Assembly: GCF_006345805.1 (NCBI RefSeq) | Contig: NC_043008.1 | Span: 27,528,001 to 27,592,000, forward strand | DNA: 64,000 nucleotides | DNA from: Octopus sinensis | Taxonomy: Eukaryota | Direction of reading: 5' to 3' | Shown here: one piece after another, positions 52,420 through 64,000 of the stretch | How the letters are laid out: each line of letters starts with the position of its first letter | How positions within the stretch are numbered: the first letter of the stretch is position 1 | Made by a program: the position numbers and the translations under genes | The notes under the pieces: generated by a model | The model's database searches: none | What the model was told of the DNA's origin: nothing | What the model saw: the letters and a program-made list of their open reading frames with translations, nothing else

Positions 52420-55210
52420 CCGGGTGGTGGACTAGCGTTGCTTGGAATTGGGAATTGATTAGTGTGGTAGTGAGGTAGGCATCGGGAATAGGTTTGGGTT
52501 GCTGTAGGTTGTTTGTTAGAGCTGCTAGGGTGAGCTAAAGCTCATAAATGTATATAATGGTTTTTCATGGTAGTTTCTTAAAGAATCCATTCATTATAAA
52601 TTTTTTTACGTAGTGTTGGTTTGCTACGTGGATATAGTTTTAGTTCCATTTATTCTATTTCTCCATTCATAATTTAAATGACGTTTAATTTCTATGGCGC
52701 GTATTCTCTCTTTTTTTACATAAGTTATTTCTATGGTAACGTAATTTTGGTTTGGTTTTTTTAACGGCTAAGAATTTAATTTCACTTCATTATTTGAAAT
52801 TGACTTGTAGTATGTATTTTATTTATCCTTATGTCATATTGTTATTTTGATATTCTGGTTAATTACGATGTATTTAATGTTGTTTTCATAGGAGTGTTTA
52901 TGTATATGAGATTGTGTGTGAGTTTTTAGTTGTATATTTTATTTATCTGTATGAGTGTGGGTGTGTAAATATTGTTGTATATATCGAGTTTAGTGAGTAT
53001 ATATGTGAGTATATGTGAGGGAGTATATGTATCTGTTGTGTGTGTGTGTTTTTGTGTGTGTGTGTGTTTGTGTGTGAATGTGTATATGGGTTTGTTATTT
53101 AGGTTTTGGGATGTTTGTGTTAATTTGTTGTGTGGGGAGGGAGTGGGTTTTGGTGTATATTGAGGTTTATAAATTAGGATAGGTATGTGTATAAGTTGTG
53201 GGTCTGTGGTTTACGAGTGTGTATTTGTGTGTGAATGTTTAGGTTTAGGGGGTTTACTATATAGGTTTGTTATAGAGTTTAGTAAAGGAGATTTATCGTT
53301 ATATGCTTTTATGAGTTTTGGTTTATCATGGTTATTTCAGGGAATTCGTGGTAATTTGTCTATTTTCGATGTTGGTTGTTTTATTACATTGTTTCATTCA
53401 TAATTTTTGAGTGGTGTTCGTTTTGCCACGTGAATAACCGGGTGGTGGACTAGCGTTGCTTGGAATTGTGAATGGAATAGTGTAGTAGTGAGGTAGGCAT
53501 AGAGAATGGGTTTGGGTTACTGCAAGTTGTTTGTTAGAGATGCTAAGGTGAGCTAAAGTTCATAGATGTATATAATGATTTTTCATGGTAGTTTTTTAAA
53601 GAATCCATTCATAATAAATTTTTTTAAGTAGTGTTGGTTTGCCACGTGGATATAGTTTTTAGTTCCATTTTCCTATTTCTCCATTCATAATTTAAATGAC
53701 GTTTACTTTCCATGGCGCGTATTCTTTTTTTACATAAGTTATTTCTATGGTAACGTAATTTTGTTTTGATTTTTTTAACGGCTAAGAATTTAATTTCACT
53801 TCATAATTTGACACTGAATTGTAAGTATGTATTTTATTTATCCTTATGTCATATTGTTATTTTTGATATTCTGGTTAATTACGATGTATTTAATGTTGTT
53901 TTCATAGGTGTGTTTATGTATATGAGATTGTGTGCGAGTTTTTAGTTGTTTAATTTATTTATCTGTATGAGTGTGAGTGTGTAAATATTGTTGTATATAT
54001 CGAGTTTAGTGAGTATGTATATGCGTATATGTGAGGGTGTATATGTATCTGATGTGTGTGTGTGTTTTGCGTGTGTGTGTGTTTGTGTGTGAATGTGTAT
54101 ATGGGTTTGTTATTTAGGTTTTGGGATGTATGTGTTAATTTGTCTGTGTGGGAGGGAGTGGGTTTTGGTGTATATTGAGGTTTATAAGTTAGTATAGGTA
54201 TGTGTATAAGTCGTGGGTCTGTGATTTACGAGTGTGTATATGTGTGTGAATGTTTAGGTTAGGGAGATTGCTATATAGGTTTGTTATAGAGTTTAGCAAA
54301 GGGAGATTTATCGTTATATGTTTTTAGGAGTTTTGGTTTATCATGGTTTTTTTAGGGAATTCGTGGTAATTTGTCTATTTTCGATGTTGGTTGTTTTATT
54401 ACATTGTTTCATTCATAATTTTTGAGTGGTGTTCGTTTTGCCACGTGAATTTTATTTTTAATTCCATTTATTCCATTTCTCCATTCATTAATTTAGAGAT
54501 GTTCGTTTCCAGAGCGGTTATACTTTTTATATATATGTTAAGTTCCTTGGTAAAGTAATTTTGTTTGGTGTATATGTTGAGGCTTATATGTACTTCTGGG
54601 TGTGTGTGAGTGGGGTGGGAGTTTGTATTTGTTATGGGTGTGTGGTTTACGAGTGGTTTTGTGTGTGAATGTATAGGTTAAAGGAATTGCTATATAAGTA
54701 TGTTTTAGTGTTTAGTAAAGGGAGGTTTTATCATTTCTGTTTTGTGAGTTTTAGCTTATCATGGTAGTTTTATAAAATAATCTATTCATAATTTTTGTGT
54801 TTATTTGTCTGTGTGGGGTTGAGTGGGTTTTTGGAGTTTATGTTGAGGTTTATATGTATGTATTGGTATGTGTAAGTGGTGTGGGTATTTGTATATGTCG
54901 TGGGTGTGTGGTTTACGTGTGTGTATTTGTGTGTGAATGTTTAGGTTAGGGGGATTGCTATATAGGTTTGTTATAGAGTTTAGTAAGGGAGATTTTATCA
55001 TTATATGTTTTTATGAGTTTTGGTTATCATGGTAGGTTTGATAAGGAATTTGTAGTAATTTGTGTCTATTTGCCGATGTCTGTTGTTTTATTGCATTGTT
55101 TCATTCATAATTTTTAAGTAGTGTTCGTTTTACCAAGTGAATATAATTTTAAATTCCATTTATTCCATTTCTCCGTTCATAGTTTTGAGTGATGTCCGTT
55201 TTCTAGAGCG
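52420..55210. repeat. Hierarchical tandem repeat: two ~1015-bp units (52420-53437, 53438-54450) plus two shorter derivative units
   Basis: ccgggtggtggactagcgttgcttggaattg at 52420 and 53438; the terminal ~300-bp block recurs near 53150, 54170, 54570 and 54830. Confidence 0.9.
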
Positions 55211-55670
55211 TGAATGTGGGTTGTATATGTGTGTGTGTGTGGGAGTATGAATAAGTATTGTGTTGAAGTATTTAGCTATTTTATTTATTTATAGTTGCCT
55301 AGACATTTTTATGTGTATGTATAGAGATATATATATAGGTGTGTGATTTAGTGTATGTAGTTAGATATGGTTATATATAATTAGGTATATGCGTATGGGT
55401 GTATATATAGTTTATTATTATATTATTATTTTTTTTTTGTTTTGTTTTATATTTTATTTTATATTTTATATTTTATTTTATATTTTATTTTATATTTTAT
55501 ATTTAATTGTTGATAGGTTTTTTTAGTTTATATATTGTTTATATATTGTTTATATATGGATTATAGATAGGTTATATATGGATTATATACTTATATTTTT
55601 TCATTCATACTTTAATTATTTTAAAATTATTATTTTTATATTTTAAATATTGATTTTTTAGATTGGAAGT

Positions 55671-55713
55671 CCACCTGAAGATTGTCGATCAAGACAAGAA
55701 ACGATTGTAGTGG
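55671..55713 (+). ncRNA. Minimal type I hammerhead ribozyme, intact core
   Basis: ccac-CUGAAGA-ttgtc-gatcaa-gacaa-GAAAC-gatt-GUA-gtgg; predicted cut after 55709. Confidence 0.85.
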
Positions 55714-55959
55714 CGGTTTTTTTGACTATTTATTAAAATTTTATGTATTAATTAAGTCTTTCCTTGTTTGTTTTGCAAAATAGTGGTTTTGTCTCGAATA
55801 ATATTTTATATATATATATATTATATATATATAATATATATACATACATATATGCTCACACACACCTAGATTCATGTATAAGATTACATCATTCTGTAAA
55901 ACGTGATGGTACGTTCCTTAGATGACAACATTCTGGTTATGATAAAACATAGTGGAATG

Positions 55960-56600
55960 GTTACAACAGTGAATTTTATCAGAGCAAACTAATGACCATC
56001 CTTAATATTTACAACTTTGAATTCGATTTTCAGCCTTTCATAGCTTCTGCTATATCTTCTATAGTAGTCCCTCGAGTTTATGAAAAAGAGGAAGAATTGA
56101 CATAGCATTTGACTAAAAAATATCCTGTAATCTGTCTATAGTTGGGTTTAACAAAATATCTTGATCATGTTTAAAATCGTATGAAATCAAAATAATATTC
56201 TTTTGTGTCAATGAGCATTTCAAACACATTTTCGAAAGCTAGTTTCGTGAAAATCAGAATAGATTAACTTCCTTACGTGTCTCAACAAGGCGCACAAATA
56301 ATTATTACCCATACTGATGTGAAAGTTGTTTCAAACGTAAAAGTAAGTAATACTTCGTCAGCCAATTCAATAAATCTCTTCCATGATATCTGCTGATTGG
56401 CGGGAGAACATGTTAAACGTTGGCAGAAAATGGTTCATAAGTGTTCCAAAGTTTTCTGCAAGATGTTTCTAATATTTCGGGTTATCGTCATTAAATGATA
56501 TCAAAGCTTTGCAGTGGTATGTTCTATTGTTGGTGAAAACTACATCATGATTAATTTTCTCAGCTTCGAACCAAGCGTAAATGTAATTTCAATTCATATT
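55960..56600 (-). mobile_element. Old L2/CR1-group LINE RT C-terminal relic
   Basis: AWFEAEKINHDVVFT (cf. WFxANKLSLNxxKT) and downstream remnants with many stops. Confidence 0.45.
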
Positions 56601-56967
56601 AATGTAGGTTCGTTTATTTTAGTGACATATATTTAACATACGCGTTCTTATATTTTAATTGCGTATATACGTTAGACAATGAAATAAATTACGAAGATGT
56701 ACTCGCATAGCAAGTGATTTGATCAAAGATCGTGTGCTGGAACGAAAACAATTGCAGCGTGGAAGGTGTTTGTAAGCCATTTAAGAAACACTCAAAAGCC
56801 GTTCGATTCACTTCAACAGTTAAGTTTAATTTGTCAAAATATTTTCGTCGCTAAAATCCACGACCAGTTCACTGACAAAAATCCGTGATGCAGCACGGAT
56901 TTTATTATTATTATTATTATTATGATCATTATTATTATTATTATCATTATTATTATTATTACTACTA

Positions 56968-57842
56968 CTAGCTTAAGGTGACCCGCTCTACGCGCGGGTA
57001 AGAGTGTGGTTGTTACTTCCTGTTTTTTATCACCACATTCTCCCTCTTGGTTTCTCTCTCCTTTCTCTCTCACTTTCCCACTCGCGTTCTCTTCCATTCT
57101 CTCGGACTCTCCCTCACATTCTCTTACTCTCGCTCGTTCTCTATCTATCTCTCTCCCATTTATAAACAACAAAAGATATTGAGTAAGTTGAAAGATCAAT
57201 CATAGATATCAGGCAATCAAAATGGAAAGATCTGCTTTCAGTGACAACAGAAAGGCAGAGTTCAAATCTCTAACATTTAAAGAGAAAGACGAACTTGCGA
57301 GCTGAATAAAAATTTAAAAAATATTGGAAACCATAGTTTGAATGGATGGAATCTGAGGATAGTAGAGTCACCATGGCTGGCATTTCTTAACGACGGACAG
57401 CAACGTAGTGGCAGTTTAACGGCTGCCGTAAAATTTTGAACTTCATTTGAAAGAAAATCCCTAAACACAAAGATTTGAAGTGATTCTTTCTCTCGATATT
57501 AGACTCACCATGGCAAGCATTGAAAACTTCTTCATCATGGACGGCCACACGTTGACGATTTAAAGGCTGGCGCAAATTATTTAGCTTGATGTAAAATTCC
57601 TAAACACCCTGTCCTGTAAATTTTAATCCCCTTTCAGCCCCATTGAGACCCCTTTTCACATTATGGTTCAAATAACCCGATTTCATTCGGGTCAACTCGA
57701 GCCACATTTCATAAGATGAGGAATTTTGTCCTAGCGGTCACGCTTTTCATTTGAGGAAAAAAATAGTTGCCATGCAACCTCGCCACCACTTTCAGCATAC
57801 ATAGGTGTGCATATTTTCAGCTCAACCGACCACATAATGCAC

Positions 57843-57850
<8 letters not shown>
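56968..57850 (-). mobile_element. Non-autonomous Helitron-like element (3' end at 56968)
   Basis: Minus strand cccgc-gcgtaga-gcggg hairpin (56982-56998) followed 10 nt later by CTAG|T; the 5' limit in (TA)n is inferred. Confidence 0.55.
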
Positions 57851-57919
<69 letters not shown>

Positions 57920-57922
<3 letters not shown>

Positions 57923-58465
57923 AGAAATATTGAATTTCTAAATCTCTCGTAGAGACATGTACGGTGGTGGGTCGATAGAATGGTTGTATACTGTCAATCT
58001 AACAAGAATGTGACAGTAGGGGGTACACCACCGCTGTATAGCCCTAGGAAGCATCAAACGCCTCCTGATAGCTTTGACACATTTTTCCCTGTGTGCTTAT
58101 ATACATATACGAAGGGGAGACAAACACCCCCGGCCGCCGGAACTGCATCTAGGGACACCGTGTTTCAGGATCATTGTCCTTCATCGGCCTGGAGTAGCAG
58201 ACACCGGTCAGCTGGTGATATTTGCCTCGACTTCGTAATTGTATATATGTAAACTCAGTGAAGTCTATTCACTGATTATGAATTTCTAAATCCCTTGTAG
58301 AGACATGTACGGTGGTGGGTCGATAGAATGGTTGTATACTGTCAATCTAACAAGAACGTGACAGTAGGGGGTACACCACCGCTGTATAGCCCTAGGAAGC
58401 ATCGAACGCCTCTACGAGAGATTTAGAAATTCAATGTTTCTCATTTTGATAATCAGTGAATAATC
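57920..58465 (-). mobile_element. Non-coding PLE-like pLTR insertion with direct and inverted internal repeats
   Basis: 57930-58095 repeated at 58280-58412; 57922-57950 inverted at 58412-58442; hammerhead between the direct repeats. Confidence 0.7.
58149..58192 (-). ncRNA. Type I hammerhead motif with U4C change
   Basis: ccagg-CCGAUGA-agga-caatga-tcct-GAAAC-acggt-GUC-cctag. Confidence 0.65.
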
Positions 58466-58581
58466 ATTATCCTAGAGGTCACGCCTTTCATTTGAGGAAA
58501 AAGATAGTTGCCATGCAAACTCGCCACAACTTTTAACATAGGTGTGCATATTTTCAGCACAACCGACCACATAATGCACAC

Positions 58582-58683
<102 letters not shown>

Positions 58684-59480
58684 GTACGCATGATATATAC
58701 AAATGTATACAAATTATATATATATATAAATTAATTCAGAGATAAACCACTATTAGGCAAATCAAACAGTGAAAAACATAAACCAAAACAAAAATAAATA
58801 TATAATATACAAAATATATAAAATATTAAATTTATAAATTTAAATTATATAGATTTAGAATTAAAATTATTAATTTATATTTATATTTTTTTAAATATAT
58901 ATATCTATCAAAACGTATTAAAAAGTTTAATATACATAAATACAGATATATACACCTTGTATATATACATTATGTCTACATATTTATATATAGAAAACAC
59001 ACACACTCATATATAAATTAACCCAATAAATATCTGATTTATAATATTTGTTCTCAGGATTGTGTGGTGGTGTTGGCGTAGAGAGAGAGATTGTCTGAAA
59101 GCGCTGTCGAAGGCGGGGAGGGGGGAGATAAAGGACGTTGTGAATCGACGTTATAAAGAGAAAGTGAAAGGAAGGGAGGTAGACGCCGTGAAATGACGTT
59201 ATAGTTAGAATGTGAAAGGAAGGGGGGAAAGAGAGTGAGTGATGGAGGACGACAGATACATAAAAGAATGTGAGTAGAGTTGTGAAAGTGCGTTTTCGGC
59301 CCTAGCAACGACACCTTTTAAGATGGGGATTTCTAACCTAGCCCGCTCGCATCCTCACCTCATTTTACATGTCCCTGTAAATTATGGAGTCAATCCGACG
59401 GGATCTAGTGACATTTAACCAGTTCTCAATGTCAAAACCAGACAAACAAACTTTTCGCATTTCAAAATTATAATATAGAG

Positions 59481-59524
<44 letters not shown>

Positions 59525-59529
<5 letters not shown>

Positions 59530-61206
59530 ACAGGCGTATCGATTCAGGACCCTTATCAACAGTGTCAATTATTTGCCGAGGCTTTTTCAACTATTTTCAA
59601 ACAAGATGATGGTCGTGAACCCCCTCCATTTGATAGATTGGTACCTCCTATGCTTCGATTGGTCATCACGCGGGACGAAGTCAAACGTGTTATTCAAGGC
59701 CTCGATGTCAACCAGGGTCATTGCCCTGACGACATACACCCAAGGGTTATCAAAGCGTTGGCTCCGGTCATCTGCGAGCCCTTAACACGTCTATTCAATA
59801 TGTCATTGGCGACGGGTGTTATACCTGCGGACTGGAGAACAGCGTTGATCTGCCCAATTTTCAAGAAAGGGAGCCGCGAAGCCCCGCTTAACTACCGACC
59901 GGTTTCCCTTACATAAATAATCAGCAAGATGTTCGAAACCATCCTTAAGAAAAGTATGATGCTCCACCTCCAAAACACAGCCTCTATCTCTGATTCCCAA
60001 CACGGCTTCGTGCCGAAGAGATCTTACTGGTAATGGAAGAATTGGTGACGCGCATCCTCGATGATAGTGATGCTGTTGACATCGTTTTATCGGACTTTGC
60101 CAATGGTTTTGACTCGGTAAACCACCGCCTATTACTTGTCAAGCTTCAAGCATATAGTTTCCATCCGGATATTGTACGATGGGTTGGTGCCTTCCTCTCA
60201 GATCACTCCTTCCAAGTCCAAGTTAATGGTTCGCGGTCCGCCTTCTCCAGTGCGAGCAGTGGCGTGCCTCAAGGTTCAGTGCTTGGGCCCTTATTGTTCT
60301 TAGTCTTCATAAATGACTTGTCCGACGACCTCACGCAACACACCCTTCTATTTTCCGACGATGTCAAACTGGTCGCTCCTCGTGGTGATATAGAGGATCT
60401 TTGTCGATGCCTCCACCAAATTTGGAGGTAGTCTAACGAATGTGACCTGTGTCTGAACGTGTCAAAGTGCTGTCATCTGCCTGTTGGCTCTCCTCCTGCA
60501 ACTCAACTTGATTTCGAGCCGGATCGTCTGCTGCTGGAGAGGACCGATCAGGTAAAGGACCTGGGTATCTTGGTGGATTCCTCGTTTTCGCCGTCGGTCC
60601 AGTGCGTCCATAATTCGACGGTCATTCGGCATACTCACAGCAGCCATATTCCTACCGCTCTATGTCACGCTGATGAGACCTATATTGGAGTACGGGATTC
60701 AAGCCTCTTCTCCTTATCTCCTTAAAGACATACACCATCTCGAAAGAGTCCAGAAGCTGGCTACCCGCATGGTTCATGGTCTCAAGAATTTGTCTTATGA
60801 AGAAAGGCTGAAGACGCTCGACCTTTATTCTCTAGAAAAACGCCGCCGCCGTGGTGATCTCATTCTCGCTCACAACATCATAAGCGGAAAGTTTAATCTC
60901 TTGAAAGAGGTGTTCTTCACTCCTGCTCCAGGGCGTCGGCTGCGGGGTCATTCCGAAAAGCTCTACCTGCGACGATTTCATCTCAATCGAAGGCGAGGGG
61001 CTTTCTCCGTCCGGGTTGTGGATCCGTGGAACAAGCTGTCAGACGAGATGGTGAAGATGCCGACGACCGCTTTGTTCAAAGTCTCCCTTGACCTCAAGTG
61101 GCCTGAACTCTTTACATGAACACCATCCTGTACTTAACTCCATGTCCCCCTACATGGCCTTGCTTTTTGATTTTAAGCCAAAAAATTAACTAACTAACTA
61201 ACTAAC
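59525..61206 (+). mobile_element. 5'-truncated CR1-clade LINE with (CTAA)n tail
   Basis: NYRPVSLT, QHGF, DFANGFDSVNH, GVPQGSVLGPLLF, LFSDDVKL, LERVQKLATR, RRRRGDLI and FSVRVVDPWNKL; several stops and frameshifts. Confidence 0.95.
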
Positions 61207-61213
61207 ATATATA

Positions 61214-62398
61214 CATGTGATATACAAAATAATGGAAACACCTTATGATTTAAAACAAATTTATTTTAATATTGGATATGACCGCAGCTTGAATTCTACG
61301 AGGTATGGAGTCGTAAAAAGATTAAATTGTTTGCAAAGGAATATTTGGCCATTCATCAGCTAAAACAGTATCTAGTTCTTGTAGTGTTGGTGGTGGAGGA
61401 TATCGACTCCTTACTCGTTTTTCTAAAGTGTCCCACAAATGTTCAATAATATTGATATCTGGTGACTGTTATGGCCAGATAATTTGTTCAGCTTCACTTG
61501 AATGTTCCTCGTGCCATTCAGTAACAACTTAAGTTGTGTGAATTTGTGCATTATCATCCTGAAAGATTGCGTTTCCCTCCGGAAACAGTTTCGCAAACAT
61601 AGGAGTAATTCGAACAGATATATTTATTAAACCGTCTTGACTATTAATTCTGCCACGAAGGAAAACCATTGGTCCGGCGGGTTCCCAATATGTAACCCCA
61701 ATCATCACAGATCCTCCTCCATGTTTAACAATTGGAAGATGGCAGTTTGGGTTAAATGCTCCTTTTGGGTGTCTCCACCCGCATACTAGGCCGGTGGTCG
61801 GAAATATGGTAGAGGGTGACTAGCCCGAGAAAATTACATTTTTGCACTACTCTAGGAACCAAATATATAGGTTTTTCCTCCACTCTAAACGCTTGGCAAA
61901 GTTTTTTTTTTATATAACGGTTTCCTGATTGCAGCCATCCCGTGAAATCTGGCTTTGTGCAGCTCCTGGCGAACAGTGTTTTGTGGACTTTGGGTTGCCG
62001 AGTTGGTCATTAAGCTCTGCAGTAATTTTGGGAACTGTACTTTTGTGATTCTTTCTAACAATTCGGTCCCTATCTGAAAGTTTAGTTTTCTTCCGGAGTT
62101 TTGTTTCTCAAAGGCTGTTATTACTTTCGAGACAGTGCTTCTTGATACACGAAACGTTTCGTTACGCTAGCGCCTGCCATACGAGCACCAACAATATGAC
62201 CTCTTTGGAAATCCGATATATATATGTCATTTTATTGATGTTATATGAAACTAAACAGAAATTTTAACAAACATATTAAGCAACGAAAATAATAAATGAA
62301 AAAAACATAAAAATAAACAAGTTTTTGACAGTTTTATAGATATTTCAAAATTATGATGCTATGATGTTAGGTGTTTCCCTTAGTTTGTCCAACCACTG
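61214..62398 (-). mobile_element. Tc1-like (DD34E) transposon relic with TIRs and TA flanks
   Basis: SDFQRGHIVGARMAGASV, VKHGGGSVM, FQDDNA and WP.QSPDINIIEHLWD; ends TA-catgtgatatacaaaataatggaaacacc / ggtgtttcccttagtttgtccaaccactg-TA. Confidence 0.88.
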
Positions 62399-62626
62399 TA
62401 TATATAATATTAAGAAGGCTCTTTGACTGTTCGATATTTTAGAGATGAGGAATTCAGTACATTATTTACATTATCTATATTGGACGGATATTTGTCTTCA
62501 ATTTCTTTGTTTGTTATTACCACAACATTTCGGCTGGTTTACTCTGCAACCTTCATTAGGTGTCGTGGTAGAATTTTGAACCCAAGCTTGTATTCTCATT
62601 CCTAAGGTATTTTTTAAGCCGATATT

Positions 62627-62861
62627 CTTCTTCTTCTTCTTCTTCTTCTTCTTCTTCTTCTTCTTCTTCTTCTTCTTCTTCTTCTTCTTCTTCTTCTTCT
62701 TCTACTTCTTCTTGTTCTTGTTCTTCTTCTTCTTCTACTTCTTCTTGTTCTTGTTCTTCTTCTTCTTCTTCTTCGTCTTCTTCGTCTTCTTCTTCTTTTT
62801 ATTATCATTATTATTATCATTGTTATTATTATTATTATTATATTTGTTATTATTATTATTA

Positions 62862-62894
<33 letters not shown>

Positions 62895-62910
62895 CATTAT
62901 TATTATTATG

Positions 62911-62972
<62 letters not shown>
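62627..62972. repeat. (TTC)n then (TTA)n microsatellites
   Basis: Directly visible. Confidence 0.98.
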
Positions 62973-62975
<3 letters not shown>

Positions 62976-63124
62976 AGGCACTGCTTAGAACTGAACTTGG
63001 AATCTTGGGGTTAGTAGCCTGCGCTCTGAACCATTACGCTATACCACGAGCATATATCGTTATGGTTTAGCGCGAGGGCTACTAACCCCAAGATTCCGAG
63101 TCGAAATCCAGGCTGTGCCTTGAA
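62972..63124. mobile_element. Two short tRNA-like SINE heads in head-to-head orientation
   Basis: 62972-63038(-) and 63058-63124(+) share ggctactaaccccaagattcc...gccttgaa; each runs outward into (TAA)n. Confidence 0.7.
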
Positions 63125-63125
63125 C

Positions 63126-63191
<66 letters not shown>

Positions 63192-63193
63192 TA

Positions 63194-64000
63194 GAGCAGA
63201 GCCAGAGACAATGCCTGAATGGCTCACGAAGGGGAAAACCATCTTAATTCCCAAATCAAATGAAACAACAAAACCAGAAAACTACAGACCAATAACCTGC
63301 CTCCCTACTATGTTCCAGGCCTTTACTGCAGTGATATCGCAAAGGCTGAACAAGCACCTGGACGAAAACAAACTGTTCCCAGAGGAGCAGAATGGATGCC
63401 GCCAGAGCTCATATGGCTGTAAAGATCAACTAATGATTAATAAAGCCGTAACTGAAGACAGCCACAGAAAGAAGAAAGGCCTTAGTATGGCCTGGATTGA
63501 CTACAAAAAGGCGTTTGATAGCATCCCCCACACATGGATCCTCGAAACACTAGCCATTAACAAAGTAGCACCAACAATCATAAAATTCATAGAGCACTCT
63601 ATGAATAAATGGCAAACAGTCCTACACCTCCAAACAAAAGAGGGACTCATGAAAACCAAAGACATCCCCATTAGAAGAGGAATATTCCAGGGAGATACGC
63701 TCTCTCCACTCCTTTTCTGCTTGGCACTGTCACCTCTATCGATATGCTAAATAGAACTGGATGCGGATATAAATGTTACGGCAAAACGATCAGCCACCTT
63801 TTATATATGGATGACCTAAAACTATACGCTGCAAATGACAAACAGCTGGAAACACTAATAAAGACAGTTCATGGATTTACCAAAGAAATAGATATGAAAT
63901 TTGGATTAGAAAAATGCGCCAAAGTAACCATGAAAAGAGGAAAACTAGTTAAGAGTAACAACATCACACTAGATAAAACCAATGAAATAAAAGAATTAGA
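63194..64000 (+). mobile_element. R4/Dong-like LINE RT region, 5'-truncated, continues beyond the window
   Basis: WLTKGKTILIPK, NYRPITCLPT, DYKKAFDSIPH, RRGIFQGDTLSP, HLLYMDDLKLY; starts directly after (AAT)n; same subfamily as 1166-3420. Confidence 0.95.

Larger units (their letters stand above)
48642..55808 (+). mobile_element. ~7.2 kb Penelope-like retroelement flanked by (TA)n, with a very long 3' non-coding tail and terminal hammerhead
   Basis: RT+EN ORF at the 5' side, continuous G/T-skewed tail, hammerhead at 55671-55713, both ends in (TA)n. Confidence 0.8.

Noticed and set aside
51560-55300. Strong G/T strand skew suggesting a mitochondrial insertion (NUMT) or control region
   Set aside because: No mitochondrial gene, tRNA or rRNA motif recognised; the skew continues seamlessly into the PLE tail and its hammerhead.
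59050-59408. Possible second Helitron 3' end (ccgacgggat-CTAG|T)
   Set aside because: The hairpin is poorly formed; insufficient support.

Overview
AT-rich animal genomic DNA that is almost entirely repeats. The SINE families, the (TA)n/(TAA)n density and the LINE repertoire look like an octopod cephalopod; this is recognition from memory, not a database result. No host protein-coding gene could be identified with confidence. The window holds five R4/Dong-like RLE LINE copies (three abut (TAA)n), two Tx1/L1-clade fragments, and CR1, RTE and L2-like LINE pieces. It also holds four Tc1/mariner relics, a Merlin relic, a Helitron-like end, tRNA-derived SINEs and many Penelope-like element (PLE) pieces. 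The most striking object is a ~7.2 kb PLE at 48642-55808. Its RT+GIY-YIG ORF is broken only by three single-A deletions in A runs. It is followed by a ~4.5 kb non-coding tail containing a fold-back supported by G-U pairs on the sense strand only, a 35-bp hairpin, ~1 kb tandem repeats and an intact terminal hammerhead ribozyme. Elsewhere, long palindromes carry inverted pairs of hammerheads with 59-65 nt stem II insertions, and three unrelated PLE ends show the compensatory U3:A8 hammerhead core. All structure and alignment calls were made by eye.
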